A stretch of 64,000 nt of DNA, from positions 4,861 through 68,860 of the forward strand of contig LBWB01000004.1 in NCBI GenBank assembly GCA_000993405.1. Direction: 5' to 3'. Origin of the DNA: Candidatus Woesebacteria bacterium GW2011_GWB1_39_12 (GTDB lineage Bacteria; Patescibacteriota; Microgenomatia; UBA8517). The position numbers were made by a program, and so were the translations under genes. The notes beneath the pieces are model-generated. The model was given only the letters and a program-made list of their open reading frames with translations, did not search any database and was not told where the DNA came from. Of this stretch, positions 39,302 to 47,660 are shown one piece after another; the first letter of the stretch is position 1; each line of letters starts with the position of its first letter.

Positions 39302-39867
39302 AAATTTTATATTTTGCAACATCAAATTCCTGGAAATTTAATCTGATGAAAAGGTTTTTTGATAAAGGAGAAATTGATCTAAAACAGTATGACATTGATA
39401 TGCCGGAATCAAGAAGCGAAGAAGGTGAAGAAATTGCTAAAGAGAAAGCAGAATTTGCATTCTCAAAATTAAGAAAGCCTTTATTTGTGCTAGACGGATC
39501 ATTCCAAATCCGAGCTTTGAATAATTTCCCTAAATCTTATGTTAAGTTTACCGACAGGTACATTGGTGCTGAAGGAATACTAAAGTTAATGGAAGGGAAG
39601 AAAGACAGGTATTGGGAGTTTTTAAATATCCTTTGTTATAAAGATAGCGAATTTGAAAATCTTTTTACCGGCACTCAAAGAGGTCAAATTGTTCAAAAAT
39701 TAACTCACAGTAAGAAGGGGCAAATAAGAGACTTTGATCGAGTATTAGTTCCTGAAGGATATAATAAAACATTTGCAGAGTTTACTAAGAAGGAAATTAA
39801 GGAATATGACGACAAGGTCTGGCCAGAAGTTGTCGTCAAGTTTATAGATTGGTATAAACATAAATGA
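39298..39867 (+). CDS. Ham1/RdgB-like non-canonical purine NTP pyrophosphatase (ITPase family)
   Basis: N-terminal ILYFATSNSWKF (ATxNxxK) and VLDGSFQIRALNNFPKSYVKF (DDSGLxVDALNGxPGxYSAR-like). Confidence 0.5.
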   Translation: MKILYFATSNSWKFNLMKRFFDKGEIDLKQYDIDMPESRSEEGEEIAKEKAEFAFSKLRKPLFVLDGSFQIRALNNFPKSYVKFTDRYIGAEGILKLMEGKKDRYWEFLNILCYKDSEFENLFTGTQRGQIVQKLTHSKKGQIRDFDRVLVPEGYNKTFAEFTKKEIKEYDDKVWPEVVVKFIDWYKHK

Positions 39868-39868
39868 A

Positions 39869-40330
39869 ATGAAGGTGGAAAACAAAATCAATGTTCGGGT
39901 GAGATTGGTGATAATTCATGACAGGAAAGTTCTTGTTCAATACAGACAAAAGGGTGATTTCTATCATTACATTGGTGGACATTTGGAATACGGAGAAACA
40001 GTAAAAGCTGCTTGCACAAGAGAAACTAAAGAAGAGTGTGGAGATCAGGTTAATTTTGATCTCCAGAAAATTCTTTATATCCGCGACTTTATTATTCCTG
40101 ATGAAAATGAACATAGTCTAGAATTATTCATATTAGGAAGTATTGATAAAACCGATAATTTAGAAGGATTAAGAGATCCGGAACACTCAGATGGATCAGT
40201 CTGGTTAACTTGGCTTGATATTGACAACTTGCCGGACAACCTATTACCAAAATCTTTATCTCCAAAATTGTTGAAAGATTTTAACAGTGGATTTCCAAAA
40301 GAAGGAGAATATATTGGAGAAATAGAATAA
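39869..40330 (+). CDS. NUDIX hydrolase
   Basis: Nudix box GGHLEYGETVKAACTRETKEECG. Confidence 0.75.
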   Translation: MKVENKINVRVRLVIIHDRKVLVQYRQKGDFYHYIGGHLEYGETVKAACTRETKEECGDQVNFDLQKILYIRDFIIPDENEHSLELFILGSIDKTDNLEGLRDPEHSDGSVWLTWLDIDNLPDNLLPKSLSPKLLKDFNSGFPKEGEYIGEIE

Positions 40331-40355
40331 ATGAAACTTTAAATTCATATAACAA

Positions 40356-40400
40356 AGCTGAGGCATTTCAATATAGACCTTCAAGTGAAGAGGAATTTTA
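40356..40400 (+). repeat. 45 bp direct repeat copy 2
   Basis: agctgaggcatttcaatatagaccttcaagtgaagaggaatttta. Confidence 0.85.
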
Positions 40401-40424
40401 ATAAACCTGTGATATAGTCAGTGT

Positions 40425-40634
40425 ATGGGCTTCATAGAGAAAATCTGGCGGTTTTTTGCAGAATATTTTGTTTTTGTGGGGGGATTTTTGTTTATTTTTG
40501 CGATTGGTGCTCTTTATGCTTATTTAAGACCTCAGGGAGTTCTTTTTAACGTCATTTTTTTGATAATTACCATAGGTTGGATAGTCTTTCTGATCAGATA
40601 TTTTTGGGATTTGTTGGAAAAGAAAAAGCCTTGA
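40425..40634 (+). CDS. Small 2-TM membrane protein
   Basis: ORF with two hydrophobic helices. Confidence 0.3.
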   Translation: MGFIEKIWRFFAEYFVFVGGFLFIFAIGALYAYLRPQGVLFNVIFLIITIGWIVFLIRYFWDLLEKKKP

Positions 40635-40644
40635 TACATGAAGT

Positions 40645-41076
40645 ATGAGATTAGTAGTTCAAAGAGTGAAGACGGCTTCAGTCAAAGTTAAGAAAAATGT
40701 TGTAGGCAAGATTGACGTAGGGCTATTTGTGCTTGTTGGGGTGGGTAAGGATGATAGCGAGAAAGATGCGCAAATTCTAGCAGAAAAACTTGTAAAACTG
40801 CGTATAATGGCAGACAGTCAAGAAAAGATGAATCTTTCTGTAAAAGACGTTGGGGGGAAGGTGCTGGCTGTTTCCCAGTTTACTTTGTACGCAGATACTA
40901 CCGGTGGTAATAGGCCTTCTTTTATAAAAGCAGCCGAGCCCGATAAAGCGGAGAAAATTTATAACCGCTTTATCGAAAGCTTAAAAGAGTTTGGAGTAGA
41001 CGTGGAAACAGGAAGGTTTGGTGAATATATGGAGATTGAAGCAAGACTTGATGGGCCGGTAACGATAATTATCTGA
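40645..41076 (+). CDS. dtd: D-aminoacyl-tRNA deacylase
   Basis: MRLVVQRV…SQFTLYADT…GNRPSF Dtd signature. Confidence 0.8.
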   Translation: MRLVVQRVKTASVKVKKNVVGKIDVGLFVLVGVGKDDSEKDAQILAEKLVKLRIMADSQEKMNLSVKDVGGKVLAVSQFTLYADTTGGNRPSFIKAAEPDKAEKIYNRFIESLKEFGVDVETGRFGEYMEIEARLDGPVTIII

Positions 41077-41087
41077 GGAAAAATTAT

Positions 41088-41717
41088 ATGGGAATTAGAT
41101 TTTCATTAAAAATCGTTTTGAAAACCTTTCTTACGGTATTTGCTTTTGTTTTGTTTTTTGCATCCCTTTTTGGGGTCTATTTTTTGGGAATGGTTAATGG
41201 TTATAAAATGGCTCAAAGGGAAACGGAGGCAGATATATCAAGTTTCCTGGAAGATTTTATCAAAAGGCAGAGCCTGAATAGAGTTAGTCCGACTCCCACA
41301 GTAGCACCTACTAAAAGTCCTCCGAAGGCGGTGAGTCCACAAGTTTCTTGGGGCGGGCCTGAATTATGGGCGGCCGTGAACAAAAGAAGGACTGAGTTGG
41401 GAGTAAACCCTCTTTCCCAGAAAGATGAACTTTGCACAATTGCCTCGATTCGATTAAATGAACTATTAGATTTAGGAAAATTGGACGGGCATGTTGGGTT
41501 CAGTAATTTGGAGGAAAGGCGAGCCGACTTGAAATGGATTTTTGATAAGTACTCAAACATGGCAGAATTTTTGGCGGTCGGCGGGAAAACTCCCGAAGAA
41601 ACAGTAAGTTTATGGGAGAATACTTTAGGACATAAAAAACTTTTAACCGGTGGAGAATATGTTTGGGGTTGCATTTACGCCCAAAACACTTTTGCGGTTG
41701 CCATTACTGCATTTTAA
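41088..41717 (+). CDS. CAP/SCP/PR-1 family domain protein, membrane anchored
   Basis: N-terminal TM, Pro-rich linker, CAP core (…LNELLDLGKLDGHVGF…YVWGC…). Confidence 0.5.
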   Translation: MGIRFSLKIVLKTFLTVFAFVLFFASLFGVYFLGMVNGYKMAQRETEADISSFLEDFIKRQSLNRVSPTPTVAPTKSPPKAVSPQVSWGGPELWAAVNKRRTELGVNPLSQKDELCTIASIRLNELLDLGKLDGHVGFSNLEERRADLKWIFDKYSNMAEFLAVGGKTPEETVSLWENTLGHKKLLTGGEYVWGCIYAQNTFAVAITAF

Positions 41718-42339
41718 AATCTAGACTTTCTTTTCTTAAAAATTCCTCGAGCCTTTTTTTGGTTGTGTATTGACGGCCGATGGATACAAAGAGTCTGTTA
41801 ATTTCGCTCCAATATTTTTTGGGAAGGATTTTGACAAGTTCTTTTTCCGTTTGTTCGGGAGTTTTTGTTTTTACCCAACCAAGCATGTTAGAAATTCTGT
41901 GAACATGAGTATCAACCGCTATTGCAGGAATTCCAAAAGCACGGTTTAAGACTAAATTTGCAGTTTTTCTTCCAACCCCGGGGAGACTCATTAATTCTTC
42001 ACGGGTTTCCGGAATTTCACCTCTAAATGCCTCTAAAATCCTATATGCAAGCATCTTTAGATGCTTTGCTTTAGTTTTATAAAATCCTACTGGATATATT
42101 AAACCTTGAATTGATCTAATTTCTAATTGACCTAATTGCTCTAAATTTTTTGCTTTAGAAAAAAGTCTTTTGGATGCTTTGAGAGTTACTTCATCTTTAG
42201 TTCTCGAAGATAGAACTGTTGATATGAGGGTTTTATAAGGATCATCTTTGAATAGTTCCAAGGGAACTTGATTGTAATGTTTACGGAAAGTTTTGAAGAC
42301 CTTTTCGAAGTTATAATTTGTCATTTGAAGTATTTTCAA
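41704..42339 (-). CDS. nth: HhH-GPD family DNA glycosylase (endonuclease III-like) lacking the C-terminal Fe-S motif
   Basis: HhH-GPD with LPGVGRKTANLVL and catalytic …AVDTHV…; no CX6CX2CX5C. Confidence 0.65.
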   Translation of the reverse strand: MKILQMTNYNFEKVFKTFRKHYNQVPLELFKDDPYKTLISTVLSSRTKDEVTLKASKRLFSKAKNLEQLGQLEIRSIQGLIYPVGFYKTKAKHLKMLAYRILEAFRGEIPETREELMSLPGVGRKTANLVLNRAFGIPAIAVDTHVHRISNMLGWVKTKTPEQTEKELVKILPKKYWSEINRLFVSIGRQYTTKKRLEEFLRKESLDFKMQ

Positions 42340-42352
42340 ACCAAGAGAAACT

Positions 42353-42409
42353 CTTCGATGGTTCGACTCCTTCGACTGCTCTCAGGATTGTAATTCGCTC
42401 ACCACTCAG
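42353..42409 (-). repeat. Right arm of the 57 bp inverted repeat
   Basis: Reverse complement is gagcactctgagtggtgagcgaattacaatcctgagagcagtcgaaggagtcgaaccatcgaag. Confidence 0.9.
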
Positions 42410-42445
42410 AGTGCTCTTGGAATATATTTCAAGAAGGACTAGATC

Positions 42446-42583
42446 TTAGGCATTACCCAAAATCTTGAACATCTTAGTTCCGCAAACTTCACAGACAGCT
42501 CTCATTGCTTTCTTTCCATTCTTCATGGTTACGGTTTCTTGATTTTTTCCTTCTCTTTTTGTTCTACATTTTACGCAGTACAT
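42446..42583 (-). CDS. 45 aa zinc-ribbon protein (DUF5679-like), below the ORF-track size cutoff
   Basis: Manual translation MYCVKCRTKREGKNQETVTMKNGKKAMRAVCEVCGTKMFKILGNA with a CxxC…CxxC pattern. Confidence 0.45.
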   Translation of the reverse strand: MYCVKCRTKREGKNQETVTMKNGKKAMRAVCEVCGTKMFKILGNA

Positions 42584-42620
42584 TAAGCTTCACCCCCTTC
42601 CTTAGGACAGGTATTTTAAT

Positions 42621-42899
42621 TTACCATAGTAAGTATAGCACCACTTCTGAAGCTAGAATGATTACTGCTAATATCAGGCTTTTTGTGATATCTTTCTTAA
42701 TCGAAGCTAAATTTACGATTTGATCCGAGTAATCGGAATGTTTTGTTTTTAAGTCATCCCCTTTTTTTGTTTTTTTGTTAGTTTCTATTTGCCTCTTGAC
42801 ACTAGGTTCAGAATCAGTTTTTTTAGCCTCAGGTTTCCAGCTTATCGTGAATGTGTGTTTCGCTTCTTGTTTTTGTTTCCTTGTACGTCTTTTGGCCAT
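42621..42899 (-). CDS. Hypothetical basic protein with C-terminal TM anchor
   Basis: ORF only; Lys-rich N-terminus. Confidence 0.25.
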   Translation of the reverse strand: MAKRRTRKQKQEAKHTFTISWKPEAKKTDSEPSVKRQIETNKKTKKGDDLKTKHSDYSDQIVNLASIKKDITKSLILAVIILASEVVLYLLW

Positions 42900-43096
42900 T
42901 TTGGATATTATAATACACCCTCCTTGACCCCAGCACTACACTTCCTTGCTCCCGAGGTTTACGTCCTCGCATCGCAGGGCGTGAGTGCGGGGTCTGCGCC
43001 ACAACAAATTCATATGGTTGTGGCTTGACAGCTAGTGCTCCAGATGCAAAAATGTTTGAGTCATTTATTTACCCAAGGTAATTTATTGCTGGAAGT

Positions 43097-43555
43097 ATGG
43101 AGATCGTTTTTTTTGTTTTGGCAGGATTTTTTGTCTGGCTAGTAATTTTAAGCATAATTACCTTTTGGGAATTCAGATTTTTCAAGAGGCTCTCAAAGCA
43201 AATTGATAGGGGGAATTTAGTAAGCGTCTTAGAGGAAATTGTAAGAAGAGAAAAGATAAATGCGAAGGGATTAGAAGAGCTTCGAAGTAAGTTTTTTGGT
43301 CTTGAAGGAGACGTTCAGTTTCATATCCAGAAATTAGGCATGGTGCGATTTAATCCTTTTAAAGAATTGGGTGGAGATCATAGTTTTTCACTTGCACTTT
43401 TGAATGCCAAAGATTCTGGGGTAATTATTACAGGTTTGCATACCCGCGAGAGAACGAGGGTATATGTTAAAGATATCAAAAGGGGAAAAAGTGAGTTAGA
43501 ACTTTCCGAAGAAGAAAAACGTGCTTTTAAAAAAGCTCAGAAGATAAAAGTTTAA
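43097..43555 (+). CDS. DUF4446-like membrane-anchored protein
   Basis: N-terminal TM; conserved GLxxxRFNPFxExGGDxSF motif. Confidence 0.45.
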   Translation: MEIVFFVLAGFFVWLVILSIITFWEFRFFKRLSKQIDRGNLVSVLEEIVRREKINAKGLEELRSKFFGLEGDVQFHIQKLGMVRFNPFKELGGDHSFSLALLNAKDSGVIITGLHTRERTRVYVKDIKRGKSELELSEEEKRAFKKAQKIKV

Positions 43556-43556
43556 A

Positions 43557-44780
43557 ATGAAAGATAATATTTCAAAAGTAAAAAATACAAAAAATTTAAT
43601 GCTCATAGTGAGTTTCCTGGGCTTATATCTGGTTTCTGCCGGAAGTTCATGGGCACTATTTTCTTTTTTGAAAGGAGAGCCGGGTAGCTCGAAGACTACT
43701 GCTGAAGGAAGAGGAAGGATTGATCCGAATTTACCTAAAACAGAAGAATGTCCAATTAACGGCAAAATGTATTCCAAGCCTGAGAGAGACATTTGGGAAA
43801 CGAGACGGCCCATTACCGCTGTCATTGAAAATCATTTAGAGTCAAGGCCTCAATCTGGATTATCCTTTGCAGATGTCGTTTATGAGGCTGTTGCCGAAGG
43901 TGGCATCACCCGATTTTTGTCGGTTTTTTATTGTGGGGCCTCTGCGCAGGACATAAAAATTGCTCCAATCAGAAGCATAAGGGTTTATTTTATTAATTGG
44001 GCGGCAGAATATAGCAATAATCCTCTATTAGTCCACTCAGGAGGAGCAAATAATATCTGTAGCAACTGTCCGGGTGGAATAAAAGTAAGGGGAGACGTTG
44101 CACCGGAAGTTGATGCACTCAAACTATTGGTCAAACTTTCTTGGAGGGCTCCAAATGGAAATGCCATGGATGCGGGAACAAACTTAGGTTATCCTGCCGT
44201 TAAGAGAGATCAATATAGGCTTGGAGAAAAAGCGGCCTGGGAACATTCTTACGAAGGTTATACGGACAAAATATTTGATGAGGGGGTAAAAAGAGAATTT
44301 GGGTATAAAAATGAGGAAGGGGAAACATGGGATGAAAACTTTGTAAAATGGAGATTTTCCGACGGTAAACCATTGGCAAGTCCCAAAGCAAGTGAAATCT
44401 CTTTTGAATTTTGGAGCAATAAACCTGAGTATGATGTTTCTTGGAAATACGACGCTTCTAATAATAGATACCTGAGATTTAGTGGCGGAAAGGAACATGC
44501 TGATCATGAAACCAAGGAGCAGATTACGACTTCGAATGTAGTCGTTCAGAAAGTTCGCGAAAAAGGACCCGTTGACAAAGAAGGTCATATGTTCTATACA
44601 ACAATCGGTGAGGGAGATGCTTTGATTTTCCAAAACGGCGACGTAATTGAGGGTACTTGGCGTAAAAGGACTCAGGATGACAGAACACGCTTTTTTGATA
44701 AAGGAGGTGCTGAAGTAAGTTTTGTAAAAGGAGCCATATGGATCGAAGCGATTCCAGATGGTAATGAAATTAAATATTAA
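43557..44780 (+). CDS. DUF3048 (YerB-like) lipoprotein/secreted protein
   Basis: Signal anchor; RPITAVIENHLESRPQSGLSFADVVYE…GGITRFL signature. Confidence 0.55.
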   Translation: MKDNISKVKNTKNLMLIVSFLGLYLVSAGSSWALFSFLKGEPGSSKTTAEGRGRIDPNLPKTEECPINGKMYSKPERDIWETRRPITAVIENHLESRPQSGLSFADVVYEAVAEGGITRFLSVFYCGASAQDIKIAPIRSIRVYFINWAAEYSNNPLLVHSGGANNICSNCPGGIKVRGDVAPEVDALKLLVKLSWRAPNGNAMDAGTNLGYPAVKRDQYRLGEKAAWEHSYEGYTDKIFDEGVKREFGYKNEEGETWDENFVKWRFSDGKPLASPKASEISFEFWSNKPEYDVSWKYDASNNRYLRFSGGKEHADHETKEQITTSNVVVQKVREKGPVDKEGHMFYTTIGEGDALIFQNGDVIEGTWRKRTQDDRTRFFDKGGAEVSFVKGAIWIEAIPDGNEIKY

Positions 44781-44798
44781 TCCTGCCTCAAAAGCTAC

Positions 44799-45383
44799 AT
44801 GGCAGATTTAGCCGACATAATTACTTCTAGAGTAAGAATAAAGATACTCGAACTTTTTTTGTCAGATACGACCGAGATGTATCATGTTCGGGGTATCGTT
44901 AGGGAAATAAAGGAAGAGATAAATGCGGTCAGACGCGAACTTGAGAGGCTGGAGACGGGAGGATTACTAAGAAAGGAACCAAGGGGAAACAGAGTCTATT
45001 ACTGGATTCGGGACGATTATCCCTTTTTTGAGGATCTTTTGTCGATGGTTTCCAAAACAACCGGTTTGGGAGCAGATATAATAAGTAATAGAACCAAAGT
45101 AGGAAAGCTAAATTTGGTGATGTTTTCCGGAAAGTTCACAAGAAAGAAAGATAGGAAGAAAGAGGAAGAAGTAGACATTTTAGTCGTAGGAGAAGTCGTA
45201 TTACCCGAACTTGCAGCCCTTATACGTCGTGAAGAGTCAAAAAGGGGAAAAGAAATAAATTATACTGTAATGAGCAAAGAAGAATTTGAATTCAGAAAAA
45301 AAAGAAGGGATCCATTTTTACTTGGCATATTGGCAGGAAGTCGAGTTATGATAATAGGGAATGAAGAAGAGCTTGTCGGATAA
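44799..45383 (+). CDS. Winged-helix transcription regulator-like protein
   Basis: N-terminal wHTH-like segment (RIKILELF…VRGIVREI…LERLETGGLL). Confidence 0.35.
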   Translation: MADLADIITSRVRIKILELFLSDTTEMYHVRGIVREIKEEINAVRRELERLETGGLLRKEPRGNRVYYWIRDDYPFFEDLLSMVSKTTGLGADIISNRTKVGKLNLVMFSGKFTRKKDRKKEEEVDILVVGEVVLPELAALIRREESKRGKEINYTVMSKEEFEFRKKRRDPFLLGILAGSRVMIIGNEEELVG

Positions 45384-45401
45384 CTTCATTTATTATTTAT
45401 T

Positions 45402-46709
45402 ATGTTTACACCTCTAAGAAAGGTTATTCTCATTTTTTTTCTAACCTTAATCGCAGGGTATATTAGTTTACCCAAAGAAGTTAGTTTGTTTGGAAAAAAA
45501 TTTATCCGACGTGATATTAACATTTCCTATGGAAGGATTATTATTCAAAGAAACTTCGATTTGGTTTTGGGACTCGATCTTGCAGGGGGATCACACCTAG
45601 TTTTTGAAGCAGACGTTTCAAAAATTGATGAAAGCGAGAGAAAAGACGCGATTACGGCCCTTAAGGAGGTTATAGAACGAAGAGTAAATCTTTTCGGTAT
45701 CTCAGAACCGAATGTCCAAAGCTCTTCTTTTGAAGGAAAGGAGAGAATTATTGTCGAACTTCCTGGCATAAAGGACACCAAGGAAGCGATCGGTTTAATT
45801 GGTCAAACAGCCGAGCTTATCTTTGCCGAGATAGGAACCCAGGAGGAGCCCGACTTTTTTAAACCAACCAATCTAACGGGAGCCGATTTGAAAAAGGCGT
45901 CTGTGACTTTTGATACGCAGACGGGAAAGCCGGTTGTTCAACTGGTGTTCAGTCAAGAGGGAGGCGAAAAGTTTGCCGATTTAACAGAAAAGAATGTTGA
46001 TAAACCTCTTCCAATACTACTTGACGGAAGTCCGGTTTCGTCCCCTGTAGTTCAGGAGAAAATTACTGGTGGTTCAGCAATAATAACAGGTGAATTTAGT
46101 CTTCAGGAAGCCAAAAATTTAAGTATTCAATTAAATGCGGGTGCTCTTCCTATCCCGGTTAAGTTAGTCGAGCAAAGAACGGTAGGAGCAAGCTTAGGAG
46201 CCGAATCGATAGAAAAAAGTGTTCGCGCTGGGTTGGTAGGACTGGGGATGGTACTTTTGTTTATGTTTTTGATTTATGGAAAGCTTGGATTAGTTGCCAA
46301 TTTTGCTCTTATTGTTTTTGGAGTAATTACTCTGGCACTTTATAAACTAATTCCGGTCGTACTTACCTTACCCGGCATTGCTGGATTCCTATTATCAGTC
46401 GGAATGGCAGTTGACTCCAATATTTTAATTTTTGAGAGGTTAAAAGAAGAGAGGGGTAAACGTCAATTGATAGATGCGCTTGAAGTTTCATTTGGGAGAG
46501 CTTGGGACTCGATAAGAGATGCCAATATTGCAACGCTGGTAACTGCTTTTGTGTTGGCAAATCCCTTGGATTTTTCATTTTTACATACTTCGGGCCCTGT
46601 AAGAGGATTTGCAATAACGCTTTCTTTGGGAATATTAATAAGTCTTTTTACAGGAATAGTTGTCAGCAGAAATTTGTTGAGAGTATTTATTAGAGAAGGT
46701 AAAAGGTAA
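45402..46709 (+). CDS. secD: Protein translocase subunit SecD
   Basis: LGLDLAGGSHLVFEAD motif, periplasmic domain, C-terminal 6-TM bundle. Confidence 0.85.
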   Translation: MFTPLRKVILIFFLTLIAGYISLPKEVSLFGKKFIRRDINISYGRIIIQRNFDLVLGLDLAGGSHLVFEADVSKIDESERKDAITALKEVIERRVNLFGISEPNVQSSSFEGKERIIVELPGIKDTKEAIGLIGQTAELIFAEIGTQEEPDFFKPTNLTGADLKKASVTFDTQTGKPVVQLVFSQEGGEKFADLTEKNVDKPLPILLDGSPVSSPVVQEKITGGSAIITGEFSLQEAKNLSIQLNAGALPIPVKLVEQRTVGASLGAESIEKSVRAGLVGLGMVLLFMFLIYGKLGLVANFALIVFGVITLALYKLIPVVLTLPGIAGFLLSVGMAVDSNILIFERLKEERGKRQLIDALEVSFGRAWDSIRDANIATLVTAFVLANPLDFSFLHTSGPVRGFAITLSLGILISLFTGIVVSRNLLRVFIREGKR

Positions 46710-46771
46710 ATGGTGAAGGGTAAAAGAAGTGAAACTTCCGACTTTTACCTCTTGCCTTTTACCTGAATAAT

Positions 46772-47653
46772 ATGGATTGGATGAAATACAAAAAAATTTA
46801 CTTTGCCTTTTCTGGACTATTGAGCGCCATAGGCCTCTTTAGTCTCATTAAGTGGGGACTTATTCTTGGCGTTGATTTTAAAGGTGGGACAATCGCTGAA
46901 TATGCCTTTGAGGAATCCATTTCCACTGAAGAGATGACGGCTAAACTCGAAGATGTTGGAATTGATGTTGCCTCGGTCCAGTCGACGGGAGAGATGCAAT
47001 ATATTATCAGGATGGCTCCAATTGATGAAGGGGGGAAGGAAAAATTAAAAACCGTTCTCGAGGAAATGACAAAAGGAGTTGGAGGAGAAGAACTTAGGTT
47101 TGAGACCGTTGGGCCGTCAATTGGACCAGAGTTGGTCAAGAAAACCTTTTATGCAATATTTATTGCTTCTTTCGGGATTCTTCTTTGGGTCGCATACCAA
47201 TTCAGAAGTTTGAAATTTGGAACTTCCGCGATTTTGGCAATGTTTCATGACACCTTTAATTTAGTTGGATTATTCGCGCTGTTTGGTTATTTATTTAATG
47301 CCGAAACCGATTTTCTTTTTGTAACAGCTGTTCTCACAACTTTATCTTTTTCTGTTCACGACACAATTGTTGTTTACGACAGGATTCGTGAGTCTCAAAA
47401 AAGATATGGGGGTACGTTATATGATCTTGCAAACAAAGCTATAACAGAAACGATGGTTCGTTCTCTTAATAATTCATTTACAATAATTTTCATGCTTGTT
47501 GCGCTTGTACTTTTGGGCGGCTCAACAATCAAATGGTTTGCAGTTGCACTTTTCGTAGGAACGATTTTGGGAACATATTCTTCACCTTTTGTGGCAGTTC
47601 CTCTTCTTGTTACTTTGGATGAAGTTTCAAAGAAATTACATCTAAAAAAGTAA
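46772..47653 (+). CDS. secF: Protein translocase subunit SecF
   Basis: GVDFKGGT motif and 6-TM C-terminal domain, adjacent to secD. Confidence 0.85.
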   Translation: MDWMKYKKIYFAFSGLLSAIGLFSLIKWGLILGVDFKGGTIAEYAFEESISTEEMTAKLEDVGIDVASVQSTGEMQYIIRMAPIDEGGKEKLKTVLEEMTKGVGGEELRFETVGPSIGPELVKKTFYAIFIASFGILLWVAYQFRSLKFGTSAILAMFHDTFNLVGLFALFGYLFNAETDFLFVTAVLTTLSFSVHDTIVVYDRIRESQKRYGGTLYDLANKAITETMVRSLNNSFTIIFMLVALVLLGGSTIKWFAVALFVGTILGTYSSPFVAVPLLVTLDEVSKKLHLKK

Positions 47654-47660
47654 TTTAAAA

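Noticed and set aside
42925-43030. Calling the GC-rich element an SRP (4.5S) RNA because of an AGGAAG-containing apical region
   Set aside because: The conserved domain IV motif (GGUCCGGAAGGAAGCAGC with symmetric loop) is not reproduced. It is reported only as an unclassified candidate ncRNA.
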